From an uncultured Chloroflexia bacterium (GTDB lineage Bacteria > Chloroflexota > Limnocylindria > Limnocylindrales > CSP1-4): a stretch of DNA of 64,000 nt. The translations under genes and the position numbers were made by a program. Below the pieces are notes generated by a model. It was not told the DNA's origin. It searched no databases and saw nothing but the letters and a program-made list of their open reading frames with translations. The stretch lies in assembly GCA_963813535.1 (NCBI GenBank), contig CAWEZH010000002.1:640001-704000 (forward strand), read 5' to 3'. Of this stretch, positions 1 through 10,505 are shown in pieces (position 1 is the stretch's first letter; each line of letters begins with the position of its first letter).

Positions 1-720
1 CGGAGACAGGCGGACCGATCTTCGGCAACCCCTATGGCCTCGGCTTGCTGCCGATCAAGCCGGGCTCCGCCGGGTTGGCGTTGCCGGGTGTCGAGGCGGA
101 CGTGGTGGACAACGACGGCCGGCCGGTCGGGACCGGGGGAGAAGGGGATCATGCGCATCGTCCGCCCGTTCCCCGGGCTCATCGCGACGCTGTGGGGGGA
201 GCCCGAGCGCTACGTCACCGACTACTGGGCGAAGATCCCGGGCGGCTACTACGTCGGCGACGCCGCGCATGTTGATGACGATGGGTATGTCTGGTTCGCC
301 GGTCGGGCCGACGAGATCATCAAGATCGCGGATCACCGGATCGGGACGATCGAGGTCGAGACGGCATTCCTGCGCCACCCGGCCGTCGCCGAGGCAGGCG
401 TCACCGGTATCCCCGACGAGCTGCGCGGTCAGGTGATCGAGGCGTTCGTCGCGCTGCGCGCCGGTCACGAGCCCTCCGAAGAGCTGCGCCACGAGCTGAT
501 CCGGACCGTGCGCCACGAGCTGGGGCCGCTGGCCGTGATCAAGCACGTGTCGTTCGTAGCGATGCTGCCGAAGACACGGAGCGGCAAGATCATGCGCCGG
601 GTCCTGAAAGCGGTGGCTCTCGACAGCGACCCGGGCGACATCAGCACGATCGAAGACGAGGGCTCGGTCGACGAGGCGCGGAACGCGATCGAGGAGCTGC
701 GCGCCGGCCTCGTGTCGTGA
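1..720 (+). CDS. acs: Acetyl-CoA synthetase / AMP-forming acyl-CoA ligase, C-terminal part (5' end outside window; one frameshift near 131-140)
   Basis: Frame from base 3 reads ETGGPIFGNP...PIKPGSAG; after a shift at a G run the next frame gives GDAAHVDDDGYVWFAGRADE and LPKTRSGKIMRR (ACS motifs). Confidence 0.85.
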   Translation, partial: RRQADRSSATPMASACCRSSRAPPGWRCRVSRRTWWTTTAGRSGPGEKGIMRIVRPFPGLIATLWGEPERYVTDYWAKIPGGYYVGDAAHVDDDGYVWFAGRADEIIKIADHRIGTIEVETAFLRHPAVAEAGVTGIPDELRGQVIEAFVALRAGHEPSEELRHELIRTVRHELGPLAVIKHVSFVAMLPKTRSGKIMRRVLKAVALDSDPGDISTIEDEGSVDEARNAIEELRAGLVS

Positions 721-1420
721 CACCTGGCGCGATCCCGTCCGAGGGCTCGGTCGGCGCGGTGTTCTTCGACCTCTTCGGCACCCTGCTGTCACTGGCGCCA
801 CTCGCGGAGGCATGCGAGCGCGTGGCACCCGGTCGCGGCGCGGAGCTCGCCACGCGATGGCGGGCGCGGCAGCTTGAGGCGTCCTGGCTACGCACCGCGA
901 TGGATCGGTGGGCGGACTTCGACACGGTCACGCGCGAGACCCTGCACGCGACGCTCGACGAGCTCGGGATCACGGCGCCCAGGAGCCCGACGGTCTCGCG
1001 GAGGCCTTCGCGGAGTTGCCGCTCGTCCCCGAGGCGGCCGACGCCGTCAGCCGACTTCGCGCGGCCGGCGTGACGATCGGCATCCTGACCAACGCATCGG
1101 GGCGACGCTTGATCGCGTAGCCGCGCGGATCGACCTCCGATCGACCACTGGCTCTCGGTCGACGCGGCGCGCCGGTTCAAGCCGCACCCCAGCGTCTACC
1201 GCCTCGCCGTGCGACGCCAGCGGGCTCCCGCCGGACGGATCGGGTTCGTGACGGCGAACGGCTGGGATGCCGCGGGCGCCGGCGCCGTTCGGGTTCCGCG
1301 TCGCGTGGCTTCGACCAAGAGCCCGCCGCGCGCCTGCCCGCGGTCGGCGCGCCGGAACCCGTGATCGCGACCTGGCCGGAGGTCGTCGCGAAGCTCGTTA
1401 GCGAAGGCCCGGGGCCCTAG
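717..1420 (+). pseudogene. Haloacid dehalogenase type II (HAD) family, broken by several frameshifts (possibly sequencing errors); 3' end approximate
   Basis: FDLFGTL (motif I), WRARQLEASW, then ILTNA, FKPHP and ANGWDAAG motifs in different frames. Confidence 0.7.
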
Positions 1421-2649
1421 CCCGAGCAGGGAAGAAGGCCGGCCGCGTCCTTGGCCTCCAGGATCCGGAGCGCCGACTGGTCGATCCGAGCCTGGAACGC
1501 TGGGTCGCCACGCGCACGCTCGGCGAGCGCCTCGGCCATCGGCACCGCAACCTCGATGGGGCCGAGGACGATCATGTCACCGCCGGCATCGACGAAATCG
1601 ATCGCCCGCTGCCCGGGTGACACGTCGGAGACCGCGTCGGCGGTGAGGCTGTCCGACATGACCACCCCCTCGAAGCCGAGGTCGCGGCGGAGGACGCGCT
1701 CGATGACGGTCGTCGAGAAGGCGGCCAGGTCGATCCGGGTCGATCCGATCGTATGTCGCCAGCGAGATCATCACGAACGGGACACCAGACGTGACGGCGC
1801 TGGCGAATGGCTCGAGGTAGGCATCGTCGGACGTCGTGACGGTATCGACCACGGCACTGGTGAAGTCGGTGTTGCCCTTCACCCGACCGAGCCCCGGGAA
1901 GTGTTTTGCCGTCGTCGCCACGCCAGCCCGGCGCATGCCGTCGATGAATGCCGAGACATGGCTCGAGACGCCCGACGGGTCGGCGCCGTACTCGCGCTTC
2001 AGCTGACCGATCGGGGCGTTGCGTGCCTCGGTACCGGCCGGCACGACGTCGGCCACCGGCGCGAAGTTCATGTTCACGCCCGCGTCGCGCAACTGCCGGC
2101 CCCATGCCGCTGCCTTGATCTCGAGATCGGCCGGATCGAGCTTTCCCTGGGCAACGGCAGACGGGATGGTGCTGAAGCCGCCCCCGGACAGCGCCTGGAT
2201 CAAGCCGCCCTCCTGGTTGGCAGCGACGAAGAAGCCGACACCGCCCGTCGCCTGGCGGTGGCCAGTGCCTGAGCAGCGTCACCGACCTTGCGCACCCCCG
2301 CGACCCCGACCGATGTCTTGGTCCGGAACCAGACCGACCCGAAGTGGTTCGCGACGATCGCCTGCCGCGAAGCCGCGTCCAGCCGGTCCTTCGCGAGGCC
2401 GACATCGAACAGTTGCCCGATCCGCTGCGGCACCGTCAATCCGGCCAGAGTCCGGCTCGCGCATGAGGCCGCGTCCGAAGCGGATGGAGTCGGCGCGGTG
2501 GTCGACGGCACGCTCGCCGGCGGGGCAGGGGATGCGGACGGGACTCCGGAAGCGGACGGGGGCCGCGGGGACGATGCTGTGGGCGCGCTCGCACAGCCAC
2601 CGGCGATCCCGATGACGAACAGGACGGCCAGGGGAGGACGCAGTCTCAC
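1417..2649 (-). pseudogene. Glycoside hydrolase family 3 (beta-N-acetylhexosaminidase-like) lipoprotein, split over 3 frames
   Basis: Signal/lipobox-like IAGGC, ANQEGG, NMNFAPVAD, KHFPGLG and MSDSL motifs spread across ORFs 2200..3006, 1577..2203 and 1417..1665. Confidence 0.75.
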
Positions 2650-3785
2650 CGATCGGACGTCCTGGCTTCGAACAGCTCCCACTGACCTGGCACACCGCGC
2701 AGGGTCACGTCGCCGAGCGACCTGAAGGCCAGGTCGGTGCCGGTCACGAGGTCGCGCACCGTCCTGGTCACGACGACCTGGCTGCCTTCTGCGGAACCGA
2801 GCAGGCGTGCGGCGATGTGCACGGCGATGCCGCCGATGCCGGTCTCCCGCCGCTCGATCTCGCCTGTGTGGATCCCGGCACGGATCTCGACGTCGAGGCC
2901 TCGCGCCGCCTCGACCAGCTCGAAGGCACAGCGGAGGGCCCTCGTCGGGGCATCGAAGACCGCCATGACGCCGTCGCCGGTGAACTCGACATTCTGACCG
3001 TGCCACCGCTCGATCTCGGCGTGCACGACGCGCTGGTGCTGTTCGAGGAGCTTCTTCCAGGCCCGGTCGCCCATCGAGGCGGCCCGACCGGTGGAGTCGA
3101 CGATGTCCGCGAACAGGACAGTCGCCAGCGTTCGCTCGAAATCCTCCGCGGCCTGCAGGGAGCGGACCTGCTCATTGGTCCACTGGAAGCCCTCGAGGTA
3201 GGGGCCGGTCGGGACCTCGGAGTCCGGGGCGTACGTGAGCAGGACGACGCCCGAGCTGAACGTGCGTGAACCGACGAGCTTGAGGTGGTGCGTGTCGATG
3301 CGGTCCCGGAACATGCGCTTGCCGCTACCCAGGATCACCGGGTAGACGAGCAGCCGGTACTCATCCACCAGGTCGTGCCGCAGGAGTTCGTCGACCAGGT
3401 CCGGACTGCCGTACACCATCAGGTCGCCGCCAGGCTGCGCCTTCAGGTTCCGGATCTGGCCCGGCACGTCCCCCGAGATGATCGTGGTGTTGTTCCAGTC
3501 CGCTCGCTTCAGCGTGTTCGATACGACGTACTTGGGGATACGATTCATGCGCTCGGCCAGGTCGTTCTCGGTCTTCGCCGTGGGCCAGAACGCCGCCCAG
3601 ATCTGCCACGTTCGACGGCCCATCAGCAGCGCGTCGGCGCTCGCCACCTGGGCCGTGTTGAACTCCTCATCCTCGTCGTTCTGTACGCGCAAGGCCCAGG
3701 CGTTGCGGCCGCTCCGGTGCTCGTCGAATCCCGGTGCCTCGACGATGCCGTCGACGGTCACGAACGCGGTCACGACCAGCTTCAT
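2646..3785 (-). CDS. RibD C-terminal/DHFR-fold domain fused to class III adenylate/guanylate cyclase
   Basis: N-half: TVDG, LLMGRRT, VYGS, PVILGSGKRMF. C-half: LFADIVDST, FTGDG, RAGIHTGE, GIAVHIAARL. Confidence 0.88.
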   Translation of the reverse strand: MKLVVTAFVTVDGIVEAPGFDEHRSGRNAWALRVQNDEDEEFNTAQVASADALLMGRRTWQIWAAFWPTAKTENDLAERMNRIPKYVVSNTLKRADWNNTTIISGDVPGQIRNLKAQPGGDLMVYGSPDLVDELLRHDLVDEYRLLVYPVILGSGKRMFRDRIDTHHLKLVGSRTFSSGVVLLTYAPDSEVPTGPYLEGFQWTNEQVRSLQAAEDFERTLATVLFADIVDSTGRAASMGDRAWKKLLEQHQRVVHAEIERWHGQNVEFTGDGVMAVFDAPTRALRCAFELVEAARGLDVEIRAGIHTGEIERRETGIGGIAVHIAARLLGSAEGSQVVVTRTVRDLVTGTDLAFRSLGDVTLRGVPGQWELFEARTSDR

Positions 3786-3871
3786 GGCCGCAAGACTAGT
3801 CGCCGCGGCGCGCGACGGCGCGAGCGCTGCCCCCTGCTAGGCTGACCGTCGAGCGCAAGGGAGTGAGACCC

Positions 3872-4915
3872 ATGTCGACGGTTCCGAAGGCGGTCTCAGA
3901 GGTGTTCCGCTCGATCGCCCACCGCCCGGCGGGCGACGCCGATGTGCTGCCGGTCGAGGGCCACCTGCCGGGGTTCGACGGCGCGACCGGTTGGCTCAAC
4001 TCCGAGCCACTGACGCCGACCGGACTCCGCGGTCGCGTGGTCGCGGTCGACTTCTGGACCTACACCTGTATCAACTGGCTGCGGACGGCGCCGTACCTCC
4101 GCGCCTGGGACGCCAAGTACCGCGATCTCGGGCTGACGATCATCGGCGTGCACACGCCCGAGTTCGGCTTTGAGCATGACGTCGACAACGTGATCCCGCG
4201 AGCTCGCGACTTCGGCGTCGACTATCCGATCGCGCTGGACCCCGATTACGGCGTCTGGCAGGCCTTCGCCAATCATTTCTGGCCGGCGCTCTACGTCGCC
4301 GACGCGGAGGGACGGATCCGCTTCCACCATTTCGGTGAAGGCGAGTACGCGATGTCCGAGATGGTCATCCAGCAGCTGCTCATCGACGCTGGAGCGCAGG
4401 GCATCGATGGCTCCCTCGTGGCCGTCGAGCCGCAAGGCTTCGAGGTGGCCGCCGACTGGGAGACGCTCAGGACACCGGAGACCTACCTCGCCTATGGACG
4501 AAGTGCGGGCTTCGCGTCACCCGATGACCAGCGCTTCGAAGCACCACATGCGTACCCGGAGGTGTCCCGCCTGGGTCTCAACCAGTGGGCGCCGATCGGG
4601 GATTGGACCCTCGCACAGCACGCCGCGGTCGGGAACGCGGCGGGCGGGCGGATCGCGTTCCGTTTCCAGGCCCGTGACGTCAACCTGGTCATGGGCCCGG
4701 CTGAACAAGGGGCGTCGGTGCCGTTCCGGGTGCTCCTGGACGGGCAGGCGCCCGGTGTAGCCCACGGCTTCGATGTCGACGACCAAGGGAACGGCACGCT
4801 CACCGATCAGCGCCTGTATCAACTCATCCGCCAGTCAGGCGCCATCGAGGAACGAACCGTCGAGATCGAGTTCCGCGCACCCGGTGCCGAGGCGTACTGC
4901 TTCACGTTCGGCTGA
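3872..4915 (+). CDS. Thioredoxin-like (redoxin) protein with DipZ C-terminal domain
   Basis: DFWTYTCINW, GVHTPEF, HFGEGEY, TPETY, RLYQLIRQ, AYCFTFG. Confidence 0.88.
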   Translation: MSTVPKAVSEVFRSIAHRPAGDADVLPVEGHLPGFDGATGWLNSEPLTPTGLRGRVVAVDFWTYTCINWLRTAPYLRAWDAKYRDLGLTIIGVHTPEFGFEHDVDNVIPRARDFGVDYPIALDPDYGVWQAFANHFWPALYVADAEGRIRFHHFGEGEYAMSEMVIQQLLIDAGAQGIDGSLVAVEPQGFEVAADWETLRTPETYLAYGRSAGFASPDDQRFEAPHAYPEVSRLGLNQWAPIGDWTLAQHAAVGNAAGGRIAFRFQARDVNLVMGPAEQGASVPFRVLLDGQAPGVAHGFDVDDQGNGTLTDQRLYQLIRQSGAIEERTVEIEFRAPGAEAYCFTFG

Positions 4916-4984
4916 GGTCGCCCGCTCGGCGAACCACGCGCGGCCGACGCGGACGAACACCGCCGGACGGGCTAGGCTGCCTCC

Positions 4985-6382
4985 GTGACTCTCTCCGATC
5001 CCGCCGCCCCGACACGCGCACAGCTCGAGACGTTTCGCCGCTCCTTCGCGGGCGAGGTCGTCACGCCCGATGCCACCGACTACGACGATGCGAGGCGGGT
5101 CTGGAACGCGATGTTCGATCGACGTCCGGCCATCATCGTCCGACCCTCGAACGTCGAGGACGTCCAGGCGGCCGTTCGCTTCGGCCGCGAGGTCGACCTC
5201 GAGATCGCCATCCGCGGCGGCGGTCACAGCGCGGTCGGGCACTCGACGACCGATGGCGGCCTCGTGATCGACCTCGGGCGGATGGACGCCGTCAGCGTCG
5301 ACCCGGGGCGGCGACTCGCTCGCACCGGCGGCGGCGCGCTCCTCGGCAAGCTCGACATCGCGGCGCAGGAGCATGGGCTCGTCTGCCCGGTCGGCGTCGT
5401 CGGGCACACCGGCGTCGCCGGGCTGACGCTCGGTGGCGGGGTCGGTCGACTCCAGCGGCAGTTCGGGCTCACGATCGACAGCCTTCGCTCGGTCGAGCTC
5501 GTGACCGCCGACGGTCGCGTCGTCCGGGCCAGCGCCGATGAGGAGCCGGAGCTGTTCTGGGGCCTCCGCGGCGCAGGTGCCAACTTCGGCGTCGCGACGA
5601 GCCTCGAGCTCGAGGTACACCCGTTCTCGGGGACACTCCACCGGGGGGTCCACGTCCACCCGGCGACCGAGATCCACGAGCTCTGGCCGATCTTCCACGA
5701 GTTCGCGACGGCGGCGCCAGACACGATCGCGGCGATCTTCACCGTCGCCCTGGCCGAGCCTGCAGCGAACTACCCGGACGCCGTGGCCGGCCGGCCGATC
5801 GTCGTCATCTCGTACAACCACAGCGGGGCAGGGGAGGACGTCCAGCGCGACATCGAGCCGCTGCTGAAGGGTCCCCCGCCGGCGTCCGTGACGTCCACCA
5901 GCGAGCAGTACCTGGTCGCCCAGCGATCGAGCGACCTCGACCTTGCATGGGGCTCCCGGACGGCCATCCTCGGCGGCTATGTCGCGGATTGCTCCCCGGG
6001 GGTCTTGGACGCCTTCGTCGCGCATGTGGAAGACATCCCAGGCGATGCAAGCATCTCGGTGACGGCGATGGGCGGCGCGATCGAGCGTGTCCCCGACGAC
6101 GCGATGGCCTTCAGCGGCCGCCCCCACCCGTTCGACGTGAGCCCCGACACGGCCTGGTCCGACCCGGCGCTCGATGCGGCGAACATGCAGTGGGTCCGCC
6201 GGGCGATGGCGATCGTCGAGCCTGACCTGCTCCCGGGCCGCTACATCAACGAGCTGTCCGACGCCGGTCCCGAGGTGACCCAGGCGAGCTACGGCGCGGC
6301 CAAGGTCGAGCGCCTCGCGGCCCTCAAACGAGTCTGGGACCCGACCAACGTCTTCCACTTGAACCACAACATCACGCCGTAG
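4985..6382 (+). CDS. FAD-binding oxidoreductase (berberine-bridge/VAO family)
   Basis: RGGGHS covalent-FAD motif, LFWGLRGAGANFG, C-terminal WDPTNVF. Confidence 0.9.
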   Translation: MTLSDPAAPTRAQLETFRRSFAGEVVTPDATDYDDARRVWNAMFDRRPAIIVRPSNVEDVQAAVRFGREVDLEIAIRGGGHSAVGHSTTDGGLVIDLGRMDAVSVDPGRRLARTGGGALLGKLDIAAQEHGLVCPVGVVGHTGVAGLTLGGGVGRLQRQFGLTIDSLRSVELVTADGRVVRASADEEPELFWGLRGAGANFGVATSLELEVHPFSGTLHRGVHVHPATEIHELWPIFHEFATAAPDTIAAIFTVALAEPAANYPDAVAGRPIVVISYNHSGAGEDVQRDIEPLLKGPPPASVTSTSEQYLVAQRSSDLDLAWGSRTAILGGYVADCSPGVLDAFVAHVEDIPGDASISVTAMGGAIERVPDDAMAFSGRPHPFDVSPDTAWSDPALDAANMQWVRRAMAIVEPDLLPGRYINELSDAGPEVTQASYGAAKVERLAALKRVWDPTNVFHLNHNITP

Positions 6383-7371
6383 TGGGCGACGATCGAGCGA
6401 CGCCACCGATCATCCGCCCGAAAGCCCTGGCACCCGGTGACACGGTGGCCGTGGCGGCGCTCTCCGGCCCCCTGGAGGCCGCCGAGCTGGAGATGTACCG
6501 CCACGGCATCGCCGCGCTGGAGTCGATGGGCTTCCGCGTCCGACCGGCACCGCTCGTGGACGTCGAGAAGATGTGGTGGTGGGGAGCCGCGCGACCCACC
6601 GAGGTCGGACGGGAGCTCAACGAACTGTTCCGCGACCCGGACGTGCGCGGGATCTGGGGGCTGGTCGGCGGCCGCCTCACGCTCAGCTACCTCGATGTCA
6701 TCGACTACGGCGCGATCGCCGCGAACCCCAAGGTGCTCGTCGGCATGAGCGACATCGGTGCGCTGCACCTGGCCATCCACTCCATGACCGGGCTCGTCAC
6801 CTTCCACGCCGACCTGCTCATGTACGGCGTGGGGGAGTGGCACGAGCTGCCCGAGCGCGATCGATCGAGGCTGATCGACATCTATCGCCGCGTCCTGACG
6901 TCGACGGAGCCCGCCGGTCGTCTGCCTGCTCTCTCGACCTGGGAGTGCTGGCGCCCGGGACGCGCTGAGGGCCACCTGCTCGGCGGGTTGTTGCACCGCC
7001 TGGTGCGGATCCAGGCGACACCGTGGGCTTTCGCGCCGGAGCGCTTCGATGGCGCGATCCTATTCTTCGAGGACCTCAACACGTCGACGATCAACGTCTG
7101 GAACGATCTGCAGATCCTGCGTCACGGCGGCGTCCTTGACCGCATCGCTGGCCTCCTCGTCGGTCCGACAGAGACGATCCAGGTGGCAGAGGAGGGTCCG
7201 GACTCCCTTCGCGAGGTCGTACTCGACGTGATCGGCGATCGCGAGATCCCGGTCCTCGGGAACCTTGACATCGGCCACGCGGGGCCGAACATCCCGCTGC
7301 CCCTGGGCGTCCGCGCCGCCATGGACGGGGACGCGCGGACACTCGAGCTGATCGAGTCTGCCGTCAGCTAG
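6382..7371 (+). CDS. S66 family LD-carboxypeptidase / MccF-like peptidase
   Basis: PKALAPGDTV, GMSDI (Ser), FFED (Glu), DIGH (His) triad, LPLG. Confidence 0.88.
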   Translation: MGDDRATPPIIRPKALAPGDTVAVAALSGPLEAAELEMYRHGIAALESMGFRVRPAPLVDVEKMWWWGAARPTEVGRELNELFRDPDVRGIWGLVGGRLTLSYLDVIDYGAIAANPKVLVGMSDIGALHLAIHSMTGLVTFHADLLMYGVGEWHELPERDRSRLIDIYRRVLTSTEPAGRLPALSTWECWRPGRAEGHLLGGLLHRLVRIQATPWAFAPERFDGAILFFEDLNTSTINVWNDLQILRHGGVLDRIAGLLVGPTETIQVAEEGPDSLREVVLDVIGDREIPVLGNLDIGHAGPNIPLPLGVRAAMDGDARTLELIESAVS

Positions 7372-7487
7372 TTCTATCAAAAAGCTCCATTTGCAAAACC
7401 GTGTCGTCGGATCGGGCGAATCGTCATCCAGCGAGCACCCTGCATCGACGGTCCAGGGTCTGCCCGCCGGGACGAGGAGGACGCACC

Positions 7488-7931
7488 ATGGCCCAGAACA
7501 GCCTGTATGAGCGCCTGGGAGGCGCGTTCGCGATCGCGGCGGTCGTCGACCGCTTCAGCGACGCGATCATCAGCGACCGGGTCGCCGGTCAGGGTTCGAG
7601 CAATCCGGCACTCCGCGAGTGGCACACCAAGGAGCTCGCACGACTGCCTGGCCTCAAGTTCATGCGGACACTGTGGCTCTGCAACGTCGCGGGTGGGCCC
7701 CAGGGCTACGTGGGGACGAGCCCCGGACGAGACCGGCTGAGTCTCGAGGAGGCGCATCGCGACCTGCACATCGCTCCTGACGAATTCGATGCGGTCGCCG
7801 GCATCCTCGCGAAGACCCTAGACGAGTTCCAGGTCCCGGCGGCGGAGAAGGGCGAGGTCCTGGCGGCGTTCGCCGCGCACAAGGGCGAGGTCACGGAAGG
7901 GTCCCACGAGCCTGCCGCCGCGATGAGCTAG
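7488..7931 (+). CDS. Group 1 truncated haemoglobin
   Basis: SLYERLGG...AVVDRF, GGP, proximal EAH, EFDAV; GGAGGA Shine-Dalgarno upstream. Confidence 0.85.
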   Translation: MAQNSLYERLGGAFAIAAVVDRFSDAIISDRVAGQGSSNPALREWHTKELARLPGLKFMRTLWLCNVAGGPQGYVGTSPGRDRLSLEEAHRDLHIAPDEFDAVAGILAKTLDEFQVPAAEKGEVLAAFAAHKGEVTEGSHEPAAAMS

Positions 7932-8030
7932 GGCCCGAGCGGACGGGGACGTCCAGCACCCGCCGGTCTGCGATTACCATCGGAACGGCGTGGATACCAC
8001 CAGCGAGTCGATCGGCAACGAGCTCGAGGC

Positions 8031-8969
8031 TTGATCGCGCGGGGCGACAGGGACCCGCAGGCTCCGCCGGTCGTGCTCGGACTGCTCGGCGTGCCGTCCA
8101 GTGCGGGTGCGCATACGCCGGGCCAGGAGAAGGCGGCGGGGGCGCTTCGCACGGGGGGCCTCGTGGAGCGACTCGAAGCGCGCGGATGCGGCGTGGTCGA
8201 CCACGGCGACCTCGCTCCAGTGGTGTCGCGCCCGGATCCGGAGCACCGCCGGGCACAGAACGTCCCGCTTGTGGTGGAGGTCGCGCGAGCCGTCGCCGAT
8301 CGTGTCGAAGCGATCGCGATCGCGGGCCAGATCCCGCTCGTCGTCGGTGGCGACTGCTCCGTCACGGTCGGCGTCATGTCCGGTCTCGTGCGAGCCGGCC
8401 AGGACCCGAGCCTCCTGTACTTCGACGGCGGGGTCGACCTCTACGTCCCGGCGACCCAGCCCGAGGGCCACCTCGATTCGATGGGCGTCGCCCACATGAT
8501 CGCCGAACCCGGCTCCGTCCCCGAGTTGAGCCGGATCGGACCGCGGTACCCGCTCCTGGATCCGAGCCGCGTCGTCTTCTACGGCCCGTGCCTCGCGCAC
8601 ACGGATGACGAGGAGACCAGCGTGCTGGCACGGCATGGGATGCGAGCCTTCCCACTGGACGTGGTGCAGGGCCGGGCAGCCGTCGCCGCAACCGAGGCAC
8701 GCGCAGCGATCGAGTCCGATGGAGGAACGTTCCTCGTGCACTTCGACGTCGACGTGCTCGACTTCATCGAGTGCCCGATCGCCGACGTCCCGCACTTCGA
8801 ACACGGGATGTCGCTCGCCGACGCGATGGCGAGCCTGCGGATCCTTCTTGCCAGCCCGCGATTCGGCGGGCTCGTCGTCACGGAGATCAATCCGGACCAC
8901 GCCGATCGGGAGGGCACATCGATGGGCAGGTTCGTGGCGGCCATGGCGGCGGCGATCTGCGACGCCTGA
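8031..8969 (+). CDS. Arginase/ureohydrolase family protein
   Basis: GGDCS, YFDGGVDL, HFDVDVLD, TEINP motifs. Confidence 0.85.
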   Translation: MIARGDRDPQAPPVVLGLLGVPSSAGAHTPGQEKAAGALRTGGLVERLEARGCGVVDHGDLAPVVSRPDPEHRRAQNVPLVVEVARAVADRVEAIAIAGQIPLVVGGDCSVTVGVMSGLVRAGQDPSLLYFDGGVDLYVPATQPEGHLDSMGVAHMIAEPGSVPELSRIGPRYPLLDPSRVVFYGPCLAHTDDEETSVLARHGMRAFPLDVVQGRAAVAATEARAAIESDGGTFLVHFDVDVLDFIECPIADVPHFEHGMSLADAMASLRILLASPRFGGLVVTEINPDHADREGTSMGRFVAAMAAAICDA

Positions 8970-9005
8970 CGATCTGCCGAGGCGTCCGGCAGCCAGACGG
9001 GGTGC

Positions 9006-10505
9006 CTACGCCGTGACAGGCGGTCCGAACCACCGTACCAACGCGTCGTCGAGCCCCTGCTGTGTTCCGTCGCCCACCCACGCGGCATATCCGTCCGGCC
9101 GGATCAGCATGGCGGTGGGAGCCGTGACCGCTCCGATCTCCGGAAGCTCCCACACACCGTCGTATGCCGCGTCGATCAGCTGGACGCGATCGGCCCAGGG
9201 AGCGATGTCGACGTCCCCGGGCTCGCCGAGGTTGAGCAGCACGGGTCGGGCATCGTGTAGCAGCGTGAAGACCCGCAGCGGACCGTCGGCCGTGACCAGG
9301 TCGAGATCGGGCATGCGGCGACCGAGCAGTGGATGCCCCTCACCTAGGTCGTAGTGGATGCCAAGGCCGGACATCATCGCGCCGAATCGCTTCCGCGGCT
9401 CGTCCATGCTCAGCAGCTCGGTCACGTTGTCGCGCAGCGCCTCGATGCGGTCGTCCTGCCGCATGAGCGCGACCTGCGCCATCGTATTGCGCAGCACGCG
9501 GGCAGCGACCGGGTGGCGCTCGGCATGGTAGGTGTCGAGCAGGCTTTCGGGCGCTGTTCCGTGGACCACCTGGGCCAGCTTCCATCCCAGGTTCACGGCG
9601 TCCTGCACACCGGTGTTGAGCCCTTGTCCACCGACCGGGGAGTGGACGTGCGCCGCGTCGCCCGCCAGCAGGACGCGCCCCGCTCGGTACGTCGCGGCCT
9701 GCCGAGTCATGTCGGTGAACCTGGAGATCCATGTGGGACTGTGGATCCCGAAATCGGTCCCGTACACGGCGATGAGCCGCTCGCTGAGATCGCGCATGCT
9801 GGGTTCGGCGGTGGCTCCGACGTTCGGCTCGGTCAGCATGACCCCCACGGTCCCGCCTTCCTTGTAGACCACATCGCCGTCGCGGATCTCGTAGTCGACC
9901 TTGCCCAGGGCATGCTGCCCGGAGGTATCGCGACGGATGCCCAACTCGGGCTCTTCGGTCATCTCGACCTGGGCGATCAGGGAGCTCGTGGTCGCGTCCC
10001 AACCGGGGAACTCGATACCGGCGGCTTTGCGAACCAGACTGCGTCCTCCGTCGCACCCGACGAGGTACTGCGCCCGCACCGACTGGCCGTCGGACAGCTC
10101 GACGTCGACGCCGGTGTCGTCCTGCGCGAAGCCGGTGACCTCGATGCCGTAGTGGATCTGCACGCCCAGCTCGCCGACCCATCCGGCCAGGATCCGCTCG
10201 ATGTGGTTCTGCCAAAGCCCGAGCCCGTAGTTGTGCCGGGTCGGAAAGTCGCTGATGTCCAACCGGACGCTGGCGAACCCCGCGACCTGCGCCACCTGCC
10301 CCTCCGATAGGAACCGATCGGCGATGCCACGCTGGTCGAGGACCTCGATGGTGCGGGATTGCAGGCCGCCTGCGCGCGATCCGGCGAGGTCCTGGCTGGC
10401 GCGCCGCTCGAAGATCGCAACATCGACGCCCGCCAACGCCAGCTCGCCCGCCAGCATCAGCCCCGTCGGGCCCCCTCCGGCGATCACCACTGCGCGCTCG
10501 GTCAT
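9006..10505 (-). CDS. FAD-dependent monooxygenase (rifampicin monooxygenase/aromatic hydroxylase-like)
   Basis: GGGPTG, GCDGGRS, LAGDAAHVHSPVGGQGLNTG, LIRPDG. Confidence 0.9.
   Translation of the reverse strand: MTERAVVIAGGGPTGLMLAGELALAGVDVAIFERRASQDLAGSRAGGLQSRTIEVLDQRGIADRFLSEGQVAQVAGFASVRLDISDFPTRHNYGLGLWQNHIERILAGWVGELGVQIHYGIEVTGFAQDDTGVDVELSDGQSVRAQYLVGCDGGRSLVRKAAGIEFPGWDATTSSLIAQVEMTEEPELGIRRDTSGQHALGKVDYEIRDGDVVYKEGGTVGVMLTEPNVGATAEPSMRDLSERLIAVYGTDFGIHSPTWISRFTDMTRQAATYRAGRVLLAGDAAHVHSPVGGQGLNTGVQDAVNLGWKLAQVVHGTAPESLLDTYHAERHPVAARVLRNTMAQVALMRQDDRIEALRDNVTELLSMDEPRKRFGAMMSGLGIHYDLGEGHPLLGRRMPDLDLVTADGPLRVFTLLHDARPVLLNLGEPGDVDIAPWADRVQLIDAAYDGVWELPEIGAVTAPTAMLIRPDGYAAWVGDGTQQGLDDALVRWFGPPVTA

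Noticed and set aside
1-2650. Dense frameshifts in acs, HAD and GH3 genes as real gene decay or recoding
   Set aside because: Catalytic motifs are intact, breaks are small indels clustered at the window end and often at homopolymers; sequencing/assembly error is more likely. Reads are needed to decide.
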